64,000 bases of DNA, taken from positions 62,001 through 126,000 of the forward strand of contig RSEE01000034.1 in NCBI GenBank assembly GCA_003971905.1, written 5' to 3'. A program made the translations under genes and the position numbers. Of this stretch, positions 11,519 through 25,041 are shown one piece after another. Numbering within the stretch: the stretch's first letter is position 1; each line of letters opens with the position of its first letter. The notes under the pieces were generated by a model that saw only the letters and a program-made list of their open reading frames with translations, did not search any database and was not told the DNA's origin. This DNA is from Moniliella sp. 'wahieum' (taxonomy: Eukaryota).

Positions 11519-13312
11519 CTAGCGCGTGCTCTGCACCGTGAGCGGAACTTGCATACGATGGGCCGGCGTCCAGTCTGGCTCCGGTTCCGGCTTCGTGTGC
11601 GGGTACAGGTGCAGGTGCAGGTGCGGGTGCGGGTGCGGGTGCAGGTGCGGACGGGGGTGAAGGTGCGAGTGGGCGCGGGACGGTACCGGGGATGGGGTTG
11701 GTCTGTTGGTGTCGAGCTTGAGCTTGAGCTCGAGCGGGGGACCAGGAGACAGAAGTGAGGCCTGTGCGTGCTCGTTCCAGATCCGTTCGCGCAGTGTGCG
11801 TACCGCGGCGCGAGTGCGGTTCACGGCGCGGGTCCAGTCCGCCCCTGGGCCGGGGAATGTAAATGCGTCAGCGTCAGCGTCAGCGTCAGCGTCAGCGTCA
11901 GCGTTGGCGTGAGGGTTGGGGTTGACGTCGGCGTGAGGGTTGGGGTTGACGTTGGTGTGAGGGTTGGATGGGGCAGGTTTGTAAAGCGGCTTGGGTAAGG
12001 CGGTGGGGAGATCAGGCGAGATGGGCAGGCAGGCCACGGGACCAGGATTGAGCGGGGACAGCATAGCCAGTGGGTCAAAAGGGTGGTGTTGGTGGAGCGG
12101 GGTGGGCGGGTGCAGTCCCCAAGTCTGAGTCGATCGGTAGTAGTTGCTGTCCATCCTCAATCACTATGGACCGAGGTGAGAGGTGGGTGCTGGTAACGAG
12201 GCGGGGCGAAAAAGCGAGACGAAGTGAGGCGAAGAGGTACACTTTAGGAGTGGAAGAAGAGTGTATTGTGCCCTGCATTGTCCCTGTCTCTGACCTCGTC
12301 CTCGTCCCCACCCCTGTCCCCGTTCCCGTTCCCGTTCCCGTCCCCGTCCCCGTGCGCCGGCGGGGGAGCGGCGGAGCAGCAAAGCGAAGTTGGACCGTAT
12401 AGTGAAGTGTTCGTCGGCCGCGGTACGGAGGCAGAGGGTGGGCGTAGCATGTGTGGCGCACCACGCACTGCGTTCCAGGCAATAAAGTGTGCACGTCGTA
12501 CGGGACCACCAAGACGCGGGGGATTGCCTCTGTCCCTGCTGGTCCTCGGAGCACAAGTTGGACTCGTCCAGTTCGGGGAACACGGTACCCCGGAAAGCTC
12601 GGGGGGTTGGGGGCTCGTACGCTGCTGCAGCAGGTGGGGGAGGGTGGAACGAGCGAGTGAGAAGTGAAGGCTCATATGTGGATGAGCAAGTGGATGGACA
12701 AGTGGATGGGCAAGTGGATGGGTCAGGCAACGAGCAGCTCATCCTCCCTTCCCCAGCCCGTTTGCCGCAGTCGAGTTGACGTAGTTGTTGGAGCACGTCG
12801 CGGCGCACGCTGTGCAGTTGTCGTGCATAGTAGCCCGTCACATCAATTCTACCTACATAGGGGGACGTGACGCACGTTGCATCCGCATCCGCATACGCAT
12901 CTGCTTCCGCACCCTCCTGACCTGGGTGGTAGTGTGCAAGGAAGGGGATCCGGATTTGAGTTGCGCTCATGCCATCCGAACCAATGACACCAAGTTGCAC
13001 TTCAAAGGGCGCAGTGCGCAGGCCCGAAGAAAGACGAGTGCTGAGTAGCGCCTGTTCGTATCCCCCGGCCAGAGGGGCTGCGCGGATAGGACCACCGGCG
13101 TCTAGTGCGCGTGCAATCAAAGGCCGAGGCAGCTTGCGCGAGGGCGAGGACGGAGCGGAAGAGCAGGTAGATGAGAGCGGATCAACTCCCTCGTCCTCCA
13201 GCCCATCAGCACAGGCTGTGGGGAGAGCAGGAGTAATCGATTGACGGAGCGGCGATGGTGTGTGGGCGGCCCATGCCGGACGGGAGCGGACGTGGCCAGG
13301 AGTGCTTGGCAT
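11519..13312 (-). CDS. Atos/FAM214-like protein (DUF4210 plus Chromosome_seg domain), frameshifted in assembly
   Basis: GGYEQALLSTRLS..FEVQLGVIG..IRIPF..SPYVGRID, then in another frame VLVVPYDVHTLLPGTQCVVRH..LHYTVQLRF..VYLFASLRLAFSPR. These match the two conserved blocks of this family. Confidence 0.75.
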
Positions 13313-14358
13313 GAACCGCAGATAGGCCAACCGACCGCAGTGGAAGCAGAGAAGGTGGGGATGTGCAGGCAGAGAAGAGAGGGGAGGGGCGAAGGGGAAA
13401 TAGATTGGGGGGAGGGTGGAAAGGGGTACCTCGAGGAGGAATACGGCAACAGGGGTCGGTGGGGTGGGGGCGTGGTGTGTGGCGGAGGGCCAAAAAATTG
13501 GCCGAGTCTGGTGCTGTGGGTTGATAAGGCCCATGGCCCACGGACTAAGTACTAAGGTGAGATCACCGATCTGAGATCGACTTTTTTGATCTGTGTGATA
13601 CAGTCAACCGCTCAGCCCCTCGACTCAGCCTGAGTCCCTCGGCTCAGCCTAATTAGTGACTGAGCAACGGAACAATGCCATCACTGTGGGCGTCGGACGG
13701 CGGCATGCTGAACTAAGAGTACGGTCTGATGCTACTAAGCGTACGGCTTGCCCTGCAGAGATGGTGCAAACAGCGCTGCCAGCACGCCAACGTTCTACGG
13801 TCGACCGCGACGCAGACGTGAGATGGGATGGTCGTCGAGGATCGATGAGAAGAGGTGTTGATGATCGATGAGATCAGAGATGGAAAGGGGGGTCGTAATA
13901 ACGGCAGACGAGAGGCAGGCACTCTTACATTGCAATCGATCAATCAAGGTTGCAAAATAAAAAAAGAAAGTTTAAACGGCCGCACACCCAAATCAGATCC
14001 CCACCTGGCGGAATTAGACGGGGCGGTAGCCCTCGCGCTGTGCTGGGCGGAATTGGATAGCGGAACCCAAGCCGCAGCTGAGGGCCGGGGGGAACAGGGG
14101 CAGCAGCGGGCAGCAGAGGGCAGCAAGGTCCTCGGCGTTACGCGTTATCGCAGCGGCCCAAGGCCTACCTAATTAAGTGCCAGCGCTACCGAGTGTGGTA
14201 CAACATTGACAGACCGTATGTATGCCCGCAAACCGCCGGAGACCTGGTTACCGCGTATGTCCAGCTACCGCTCGCTAGCTTAGGATTTGGCCCTATCGCC
14301 ATCGCCCTCGCCCTCGCCATTGCTATTGTCATTGCCTCCCCCTCCCCCTCCGCCTTCC

Positions 14359-16116
14359 ATGTCCTTCCAGTCACTTCCAAGATCAAGCACGCGTGGGAGG
14401 GCAGCTGATGACCCGTTACTCTCGCCCCACCGCGCCACTCCACCGGGCCGTGCGGGTCGTGCGGGCGATGAGGATACCAATGACGATGGCGGTAACGATA
14501 CGGATACCGATACGTCCGACGCGGGGTTCCGCACGCGCGCGACCGCACTATCGATCCAAGTGCTCAAGATCAACTCGAACGTGAGTGCGATCGAGAAACT
14601 AGTTTCGCTCTCGCGATCGCTCGACCCGCGGAGCACAAGCACAAGCACAAACACGGGCACAGGCACGGGTACGGGCAAAGGCAAGGGACGGGGACGAAAG
14701 AACTTGCCTGGGCGCAGCGGATGCACGATCTCAACGAGGTCACACGAGGCTTAGCCCACGATGCTGCTGCGGCGCTTAAGGCTGTATCGGTGGAGGCGGC
14801 GCAGTGTGCTGATCCCCAGGCTAGGCCTGGTCGTCAGTTGGCCGCTAACAAGCTCCAGCGCGATTTTGAGGCGTCCCTGGTTCGGTTCCAAGCGGCCCAG
14901 CGCGCTTCGGCCGAAAGGAATCGAGATGATCTCAAAGTTGCTCAGGCGGCGCACGATGCTACTATCAATACCAATGCGAGTGCGAGTGCGAGTGCGACGG
15001 CTCATCGTCCACCGTCCTGCCTCGCCCAACGAAGTGTACGTCTCCCTCTCCCTCTCCCTCTCCCTCTCCCTCTCCCTCTCCCTCTCCCTCTCCCTCTCCC
15101 TCTCCCTCTCCCTCTCCCTCTCCCTCTCCCTCTCCCTCTCCTCTCCCTCTCCCCTCCCGCTCCTGCTTCCCCCTGCAGCAGCAAGGACGGATACTGAAAC
15201 GCGTTTCGCAGGGCACAAGAGCAGGAGGAAGGGACTCCGCTGGTGGAGCTGGACCGACCTCCTGGGACGGACCTGGTGCAGGATCAAGGTCAAGTTCAAG
15301 TTCAAGTTCAAAGGCCTGCTGGGCTGAGCCAGGCCGAACTCGAGTTTCAAGAGTCGCTGATTGCCGAGCGCGAAGCGGAGATTAACGAGATTGAACATGG
15401 TATCCAAGAGCTCAATGAGATTTTCCGTGACTTGGGTCACATTGTGCAGGAGCAAGGCGGCATGATTGGTGCGTTCTCAGTTCTCAGTTCTCACATCTCA
15501 GATCTCATGTGCTCCCGATGGGGATAAACGGGGAGGAGTGGAGGAGACGCAAGACTGCGTGGATGGATGGATGGATGGATGGATGGATGGATGATGGATG
15601 GATGGATGGATGGATGGATGGATTGGATGGATGGATGGATGGATGTGGATGGATGGATGGATGGATGGATGGATGGATGTGGATGGATGGATGCGCAGGA
15701 GACGGGGCGCAGGGATCTTCACCTGCGTACTGCGTACTGGGTACTGTGTACTGACCCTTGACTCGTGGACGTTGCAGATAACATTGAGTACAACATTGCG
15801 ACCGTGGCGAGCCATACGAATTCGGCGAGTCGGGAGCTACGGCAAGCGCACGAGTACCAGCGCAAGGCCGGCCGGCGCGCATTCTGTCTCCTCCTCATCG
15901 TTGGTGTCGTGATTGCGATTGTGCTACTACTGGCGGTACGTGGAACACTGGAACACAGTGTTAGAGATCGGAAAGAATGTGTGGGGCATGCGAGAGAGCG
16001 GGCCAGGGGGGGGGGGGGGGGGGGCAGGCGGGGGGCGGCGGAACTTACCTGTACACCTGCTTTCACTGAACTGAGTACTGACCCGTCTCTGTTCTTTTCT
16101 TCAGCTACTGAACTAA
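14359..16116 (+). CDS. PEP12: Endosomal/vacuolar syntaxin (Qa t-SNARE, Pep12/Vam3/syntaxin-7-like)
   Basis: Habc helices ([31 protein letters not shown]), SNARE motif [48 protein letters not shown] and a C-terminal TM. Introns 15036-15211, 15469-15777 and 15936-16104; small frameshifts in exon 1. Confidence 0.88.
15042..15150. repeat. (CTCTCC)n microsatellite inside syntaxin intron 1
   Basis: Direct reading; lies between donor 15036 and acceptor 15211. Confidence 0.95.
15560..15693. repeat. (GGAT)n microsatellite inside syntaxin intron 2
   Basis: Direct reading. A (CCAT)n tract of the same type lies at about 17461-17530. Confidence 0.95.
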
Positions 16117-16457
16117 TCTACCCCACTTCTCATTGCCCTCGCGGTTGAGGTTGAACCAAAACTTCAACGTTGAGGGTTGGGGAGGTGGGGGGCTGCGACC
16201 CATACCCGCTGGGCGGCGCCTGGGGCCTATCGTTCGTTGTATGTACCTTGTTTGGGAGGCACCAGGCTGTCTAGTTACCGGTCACCTGTTTCTGTGTTAT
16301 GGACATTTGGCGCATGTGGTGAGAGGCTGGACGGAGGACGCTGGACGGGGGACGGGGGGTGATCGATGAGATGGATGATCATGGCAGCGACGGGAGGCTG
16401 GGATGGCGCGATCGGGGCAGAGGGCAGGACGGCAGCGGCCCATTAGGCCTTGGCGCC

Positions 16458-16478
16458 TGAGGCCTGATCGATGATCGA
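16458..16478. promoter_or_regulatory. 7-bp-periodic TRA-palindrome array (mixed tetramers)
   Basis: TGA GGCC TGA TCGA TGA TCGA in intergenic DNA; regulatory role is inference. Confidence 0.45.
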
Positions 16479-16732
16479 TGCAACTCATGTACTCATGCTT
16501 GCTAGCAACGCCGAGATGGACGCAGTCGCAGCCCAGCGGGGAGCGCGGGTGCCACGGCGCCGTCGAGGTGGTGTGGCGTGGTATGGCGTTTTTTACGAAT
16601 GGGCCCAAGGGGCGCGAGGGGGCCAGAGGCGTGTGAATGTGTCACCTCTGAGATGTGAGGATGTGAGGCGTGTGAGGCGTGTGAGGCCGGAGGCTAGTGT
16701 GGTTGGATGACGTCGATGGTACGGAATGCGAG

Positions 16733-16753
16733 TGACTAGTGATTAATGACGCG
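16733..16753. promoter_or_regulatory. 7-bp-periodic TRA-palindrome array (three different tetramers)
   Basis: TGA CTAG TGA TTAA TGA CGCG upstream of NEM1; regulatory role is inference. Confidence 0.45.
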
Positions 16754-17586
16754 AATGACGATGCACGATGTGTATATTTCAGTGGAGTACTCAGTACGAC
16801 AGGCTGGCTTGGCGTCCTGTCTGGCCCGATTCGCGATTGCATCGGGATGCAAGATGCAACCGATGTGACGGATGGAGGATTGAATATTGAGATCTGAGAT
16901 GGATTGGCGATGGCGGTGAAAGCGCGCCAGCCCAACCCCAACACTGGAGCGGCAGACAGGGGCAGGGATGGGGGCGTGGAGGTAGGGCGGCTGGGCGGCA
17001 GATGGGCGGGATGCGGCGCCGAGGCGTCCGTCGTACGTACTCCGACCGAGTCGGCGTGGGTTGGTTGGGGCGGGGCGAGGCGATCTGACCTGTGCCCAGA
17101 CGATCGATGGGGCGGCTGGGCCACGTGAGCAGGGCGGATGGGGCGATGGGTGAGCGTGAGCGTGGGGGCACACCTGGCGAGGATGGATGGTGGATGATCG
17201 ATGACGCATGCGAGGGGGATGGGGAGCAGGGAATTTGAAATTGCAGCGATCGTGGTGCCTGGGCTGCTGGGCTGCGCGGAGGACACTGGCCCAGTGGGGC
17301 TGCCGCAGCGCGTCAGACACGGCTGGTGTGGGGCGGCCAATCCCAGCCGCAAAAGGCCGAAGGCCGAAGGTACGCCTACGCCCACGCTTATTCATGTTGA
17401 TCGCCAGCCGCAGCGCAGCTACGTAGAGCATCCAGTGGAGCAAACTCATCGATCTATTCGCATCCATCTCTCCATCCATCCATCCATCTCTCCATCCATC
17501 CATCCATCTCTCCATCCATCTCGCATCCATCTTTCATCTCCCCCTACATCCCCCCCCCACCAGAGGATGTCTGCTACACCAACGCC

Positions 17587-19612
17587 ATGAACTCACTCCG
17601 CCTCCTCGACCGCCTCCTCGCCCCACTACCATCCCTCCCACCTGCCTCCCCCCCACCTCCCCTGCACCCGCCTCCGCCCCCGTCCCGCGCCTCTGGTCCG
17701 CCACCGCCTGGCCCACCCCCACTCTCGCCTCCGATCCCACCTCCTCTTGGCGTCGCCGCCGCCGCCGCTTCACCCGACCCGACCCCGAAACCAGCCGCTT
17801 CCGCCGCCGATGGGCCCGCCTCTGGGGGTTTGACTGGCCTGATGATCCCGCCGCCCTCTCAGCGTCCAGTGTCGTCACACCCTCCCCACCTGCCCCCAAT
17901 TGTCCACCAGCACAATCACCAACATTTTCCCTGCCGCCTCCACGTACCTCCCATGCCATCCACGCGCCCTCGTGCCCATCCAGTGCGAGGGCAGCATGTC
18001 CCGTTGGCCGTCCACTTCTCCTTCCATCTCCTGGACCAACACCAGAGACGCTGGACGACGCTGATACCTCGGCATGCCCCCTCCCTGCGCGGGCGCATGA
18101 CGACAATCAAACCTTGGTCTCGTCCTGCTCGTCCGGGTCGGACGAATTGTCGCTATGCGAGACGCTGGTTGCGTCCGAGCCTGCGTCCCCCAAGGGCCGA
18201 GCTGACGACGCGTCTTTGTCTGAACCCGAGGTGGCGGTAGCAGGGGACACGTTGACCCCACCACCACCTTCTTGGGACGAAGTAGTCTGCGCATCGAGTG
18301 CCCCGCATCGCCAGGCTGGCATGGCCGTCGTCGCACCAGCTGCGGGTGACGAGCGAATTGGGTTGGACAAAGAGACTGTTCTGGTCAAGTCCATATCCAA
18401 AATTTATATCCCCATCTCTTTGCAGTCCCATCTCGCCCGCTGGTGCGACTGGTTGCCTTGCTCATCCAAGCCTTGGTGCACGTGTTGCGACGCATGGCTA
18501 CAGCATCAGCCACGGCCACGTCGGTTGCCGACGCTGAGAAGCCAGCGACGCGGGATCAAGTGCCCCAACGCGACGAGAGCAAGTCGGATGGATCTGGATC
18601 TGGATCTGGATCTGGATCTGGATCTGGATCTGGATCGGGGGGACCTACGCCTTCCACCCCTTCGTCCCGTTTGTTAGCTAACCCCCATGGGGGCAGCAGT
18701 GCGATTCCTATGCGTGCGCGTCGTCCGTCGCCGCTCGAAAGCGTGCGCCGAGCACAAGTCAAGGCGCAAGTGGTTGACTCTACGCCCAAGACGCTTGTTC
18801 TAGACTTGGACGAGACGTTGATCCATTCCGTCGCTCGGTCGGGTGTACGTGATGGTCCAAAGAGCACGTTTGGACTAGGGAGTGCATTAGGCATGCCACG
18901 ACGCATGTTTGGATCGGGACTTGCGACACTAGGACTGGGTCCTACCCAAGCCCCTGGCTTCTCCAGTTTTGGTGGTGGCACCACCAGTGTGGAGGTGATG
19001 GTGGGCGGGAGGAGTGTGGTGTACACGGTGCACAAACGGCCTGGCGTGGACGCGTTCCTAGCCCAAGTGGCGGAATGGTACAGCGTAGTGGTATTTACAG
19101 CGTCGGTACGCGAGTATGCGGATCCAGTGATTGATTGGCTCGACGCAGGAAGGGGTTTGTTCCAAGGCCGTCTGTTTCGCGAATCGTGCATCTACAAGAA
19201 CGGAGCGTACATCAAGGACCTTTCAGCGGTCGTGCGAGACGGTGCGGCGGGACCGAGTGGAACAGGGACTGGGACTGGGACTGGGACCGAAGCTGATCCG
19301 CTAAGGAGAGTATGCCTGTTGGATAACAGTCCTGCTTCGTGGCGTTTGCACCCGGCGAATGGGATCCCCATTGAAGGTTGGACCCACGATCCGTACGACA
19401 CGGCGCTCATGGACCTGCTTCCAGTGTTGGACTCGCTTCGGTTTTGCGACGATGTACGACACGTGCTAGGTATTCGTCTGCTAGCCACTGACGCCCCCGC
19501 CTCCCGTCCACCTCCACCGCTTCGTCCCGCTGTATCCAAGTGGAAAAAGGTGCCCAACCCACCGCCCAATCTACCGCTGTCAAAGCTCGGTGAGCTGGAA
19601 ACGTACATGTAA
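17587..19612 (+). CDS. NEM1: Nem1/Dullard-type HAD (NIF/FCP1-like) protein phosphatase
   Basis: [81 protein letters not shown]. The N-terminal part ([11 protein letters not shown].., hydrophobic segments) is frameshifted. Confidence 0.85.
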
Positions 19613-20599
19613 ACGTTAAACCTGGCTGCCAAAATGCGAAATGCAAAAATGCAAAAATGCAAAATGTGACGGTGTTCCCTACAAGTACTTATCCACCCCC
19701 CCCCCCGTCTCGCCTTCTCCTTCTCTTCATCCACTGTACTCCCGCACCCTCTTTCCCGCATCTCACTTTTTCTGCTCTGTGTGGCTTTGGCCACACGTTT
19801 TTTTTTCGCATCTCTCGGGGCACATCCTTCTCTTCCCTCTCCCCTCTCCTTCTCTCTCCCTTCGTTTCCTTACGTTTCCTTTCCTCCCCATTCCTTTCCT
19901 TGCCCATTGTCTTTGTACCGCTCTCCCGCGCGTGGCTCTGCGTAGCTACCTTTCCTTATTCCTACCCTACTCTCCTCATTGATTACCATAACAAACCTTA
20001 TTTACCGTCCTCTGTCTCCCCACTATTACTATACCATTCTAGTGGCCCGCTGGTACGCGGTACGCCCCAACGACGGGTTGTTGTAGTCTCTACCTTTCCC
20101 CACCAACCCCACTGCCCCTCTTCGTCCGGTGCCTACCGTTGCCTTATTGGATGGTGCAGTTGACGTTCACGTTCACCCCACGAGCTATGGGCAGCCCTAT
20201 TCCTCCGGCGCCGGCGGGCCCGTTCCACCGCTGCTGCACTGTTGTGCCCAGCTGGGTACTGGCTGGATTCGTGGCGGAGGCGGGGGGGGGGGCTGGGCGT
20301 TACGCGCTACGCGCTACGAAGCAAACGACGGTGTACCAAATCATGTGAATCACGCATTCCGAGAAAAAAAAACACGAGTCGACAAAAACAATCCCTTCTC
20401 ACACCATTCTCACTCTCCCTCTCCCTCTCCTCGATCCGATCCGACCAGTCCTCCTCGTCGGGCCCAACAACAACAACAGCAACCACAGCTACCCCGTCCA
20501 CTGCGATGGTCGCATTGGTGCCAAGCCGCCACCGTCCGCTCTGCACCTTGGCCTCCCTCCCGGGGCGCATTGTGCACCGTGCACCGTGCACCGTGCACC

Positions 20600-23500
20600 T
20601 CAGGAAGAAGGTTTAGAAGGGGAGCGAGAAAACCATCCGCGCAAGCCGGACTTTTTAGTCGCGTGAGTGGTGGTGTAGGAGCCTGAACCGTCGTCCGAGG
20701 GGACGCGGATGGAAGAGATACGTGCGCGGAGCGAAGGTTGTACCGGTGGGAGTGGAGTCGAGCCCGATGCGGCGCCGGGCGACTCAGGCGGAGTCTGGAC
20801 AGATTGGATACGCGCCTTGGACACTCTGCGCGGCGTCGTGGGTACGGAAGCGGTAGGCGAGATGGGCTGGAGCGCATCTTCAGTCACGAAAGGTGCAGCT
20901 GTCAGTGGCGTAGAGGGCACCTTGGTGGACTCCGTCTTGGGTTCCGTCTTGGGCTCCGGCACGGACTCCGGTACAGACTCCGTCGTGGGCACCTCCTTAG
21001 AAGGAAACGCAACCGGGGTCACAGCCGTCACGTTACCCGAAGTGGTCTGAGCCACAGCGACGACGGTGCCTTTGGGCGTGGCAGGCGGGGCGGCCTGATG
21101 CAACAGTTTCATTTCGCGCAACGCATCGAGCAATGTGGATGCGGACCAGGCTTGGGTACGGCACGAGTCACGACAAAACGTGCCGTCGTGGTTGGTAAGT
21201 TCGGGCAGGCCGGCCCAAGGGTCCTTGATGACAAATTCACGATGGTTGCTCATAAGGCTCGAGATGTAGTGCAGAGTGTCCTCGGTTGACGGTTGTGTTC
21301 CCTTGGTAGCGGGTTGAGACAAGAAATGTAACAGCGCACGAAGGAAGAAGCCAGTGGGGAAGAGCCACTCGGGTCCATTGTGGTAGTTCCATCCTTTAGC
21401 CACGCTCGGATCGTCCGAATCGTTGGCATTGTCATAGTCGCCACGGTAGCGCCAGTCGCGCGGGTCCAACGTCTTCATTCCCAGAGGTCCACGGAGCACC
21501 GCATCGGCCGCCTGCAGTGCCGTGAGCGCATGCTCCCGCGTAAACAGCTCGGGCGCAACGCACATGGCAATCGGGAAGTTGGCTCGGAACTGGTAATCGC
21601 TCCACTCGCGACCTGGTCCGGACCCCACCACATCCTTGTACACTCCACGCCGACTCACCAGCTCCGGTCGGATAGCATACTTGGCATCGTCCTCCTCCGA
21701 AAGAGGAATGTAGTAGTAGTGCTCAAAGTTCTTTTGCACCAGTGCATCCCACTCGGCATACGAGATGAGCTTGCCATCGACCGTGACGCCCTTAGCGGGC
21801 CATTTACCTTGCGCTTCCAACTGCGACACCCAACGGAGAGAACTCTTGAGCAGCCCCGTAATTTCTACCGCTGCACCATCCCGCGGCGAACCGGGAACCC
21901 CCTTGTTGCCCGCCTTGGCCGAGGAACCGTTCTTGTCCTGCCACGTTCCGCAGTTCCACTCATTGCCACCCATGACAAAGCCAGTGCTCCAGTCAGTGTA
22001 CACATCAATATTGAATCCTGGGTCACGCATGTCCTGATCGATTGCCGGGCCCGCATTGTGCTCGCGGAAATGGATGCCCTCGGCGTGACGTTGCAAGATC
22101 TCAGTCACCAACTCAGCCACTGTGGACGAGGTGGAAAAGGCTTCCTCCGAGTCCCACTCGGCCCAGGCGCCATCACGCGGGAAGCGACGCTTGACTGTCT
22201 CCCCCAACAGCTTCTCGCCATCCGGCACAATCGAAACATAGTCCTGGACGCATTGGACAAAGTACCAGGGTCCGTCGCGACAGTTGTACCGAGGGTTCTT
22301 GCCGCTGTCCAACAGGTTGGGAATCATGCCCTCGTGCAGGGTAGCTCCAAAGGCAAGGATGTGTTCTTTGGCTAGATCGTACAGCCCCGTGGCGAGGTAA
22401 ATGCCACGCAGAGCGATCAACACGTCCCGACCCCACAGACGCGCCCAGCCCGCCGCGAAAAAGGGCAGGCCGGCGGCAAGTGAAGAACTGGTCTTGAACG
22501 GAGTCAGACTCGCGCTCTGCACTGCCCCGGAAAGTTGCACCGCGACGAGGGCGAGAGACTGGGTAAACTGGTCTCCTTCCGTCACCAAAGGTCCCATCAA
22601 CTTCAATGTGCGAGCACGAGCGGCGGTGTAGAGGGTACTGAGAACCAGAGCAAAGTACTTGGGCAACATGAACGGAGGCACGGTCTCCTTGATCTTGTCA
22701 AACCGATCGCTGAGCCAAGAGATCGTCGCATCGAGCCTAGCGTACGTGTCAGCGTACCGACCGCGGTAGTCACGCAGACGGTTCACCGTATAGTCCAGGG
22801 GCCAGGTACCCTGTCGGAGGTGTTCGCAGAGTGGGTGGCCCAGGTCGTTCTTGGCAATCACCTCGCGTAGGGGGGCCATGAACCCCTCCAGGCCACAGTA
22901 GACCAATTCGCCATAGTTGGGCACGTTGTACGCGCCAAACTTGCCCTCGGTAGCGTCGCCCTCCTCGCCCGAGGCACGGTACAGAAGAACATTCAGTTCA
23001 GGCAAGGTGAGCTGAGCCACCGCCGACTCGGCGCCTTCGGAACACAACGCCTCCATCGACGTGGGGGTCGAAGGCAAAGTCTCGATTGCCGTCGCAAACA
23101 CCATAATTGCCCCAGGCGGGAAAAAGTCCGGGACGACAATCTCAGTAAAGGAACCCGCACCATCGGATCCGGCACGGATCTGGGAGAGGCAATGTCGTGC
23201 AGCTTGTTGGAAAAGCCGTACACGTATTCATCGTCCTTGGGGGGCGGACCGGTAATTTCCAGCCACTTGCCCAGCACAAATTTGGCCGAGCTGCCACGGA
23301 GGATGATGGGACTAATCGCTCCACGACCGCCCGAGTTTCCCTTGAATGCAGTATGAGCCACGAGGACAAAGCCTTTGTGCGTAACGGGGTGAACCCGATG
23401 GAAGACAATGTACTCGTTCTCTTGGTGCAAGTGACCCTCGGTGTAACCCTCGGAAACCATCTGGGTGTGAAGATGGTTGAGGATATGCCGAACGGGCGTG

Positions 23501-25009
23501 ATGCCTGTTCCCTCATCAGTATAGGAGGTAAATCGGCGATACTGGCGCTTCTCCGACACCACATTGAGGTGATCCGGATAAAGTTCGTCAAACCCGCGTG
23601 TCGATCCAATGGCCGACCAAGAGAAGGCGACGAGCGAACCCATCGTCAACGCATCTTGGGTCGTACGCTTTGCAGTGGGAGTTTCATTGTCATGAGTCAA
23701 ATCCATAAACAGCGCATGCGGATCGCTCCCTTGCAGCGGCACAACGGTCGCAGGTAGCAGTTCGGATGGCTTCTTTGGGTCTTCCACCGTCCCGGCACGC
23801 GTAAGAATGTCAGCATCCATACTCCCCACGGGCTTGTTGTGACCGTAATTATAGAGCAAGCGGCTCTCCTCAACGGGCTCGTTCGCATTGTCCATCTCGC
23901 GAATCAAACTGTTGATGCCAAGACGCGAGACAAAGTACTTGTCCAGATCTGCGTTTCCGGTAAACAATTCGGCCACGACATAAATGTTGGGGTTGGTCCG
24001 GCGAGCAGCATCCAACAAGTACTCGCCTACCCAGATCGGGGTGGAATGAGCATTGTCGATCCGCAAACCATCAAACATGGAGGCCAGCGAAGTCACGTAC
24101 TTCTCCATCTGAGTCCACACAAAGGGATTGTCTTCGGGCTTTTTGCCGTACCGCAACTTAACGCAGTCGCCCCACGAGATAAGTTCACGCCGTAAGTATA
24201 CGCGCGACTCGGACGAAGCAAAGTTGACCAACGGATCAGCGGCCCAGACCCAGCCATTGTTAGCCAGAGCCAACTCGGACGGGTCACGCCCTTTGAGTCG
24301 CGCATCCGAGGCATCTAGGCGAGTAAAGTACAACTCGTTGATCGGCTCATCCTTGGTGATGGGTCCGAGTTGCGGGCCGCCTGCCTCGAGACGCATAAAC
24401 TTGATTCGCCCCGCAAGGTTGTTGATCATCGCCGATTCGTCGTCATCGTACGTCTTGTAAAAGTCAACATTGATGATATCGAGGGCATGCGAGAAGGCCT
24501 TGACCAGCTCGTCGTCATTGGCTCCGCCGCCAACGCGACGCAGAATGACCACCGCCTTGGAAACATCGACCTTGGTCACAAATCGGCTCTTGAGCGCCAT
24601 GGCGTCGGTCAAGGCGTACTTTTTAAGCAGCTCGAACGAACCATCCAGCCCACCTTCAAACCGAGCCACTTCCTCCTCGCACTCTACCGGAAGGGAGGCC
24701 GTTTCTCCCTTGGCCAGGGCCGCCTTGAACGCCTCGGCCTCCGTCGCCACGTCAATGACGTAGTATTGCCACAACTTGAGCGGACCCAAGACATGGTCCT
24801 TGATGCCCTGCACCAAAGTGTCAATCTCACCTTGTCCCTTGACTTCGGTCGGCAGGCCGAGTGAGGCAAGTTGGCCCGAAAACTCAACCAGTTTGCGGTC
24901 CAGCTCCTCGGCCGGGGTCAGGTGGGGGGAGTTGGCCGGGCTGTACCCTGGTCGTCACAGATAAGGGTCAGAATCAAGATGGCTAGCCATATTTTGCAGG
25001 AGGGTGTGT

Positions 25010-25041
<32 letters not shown>

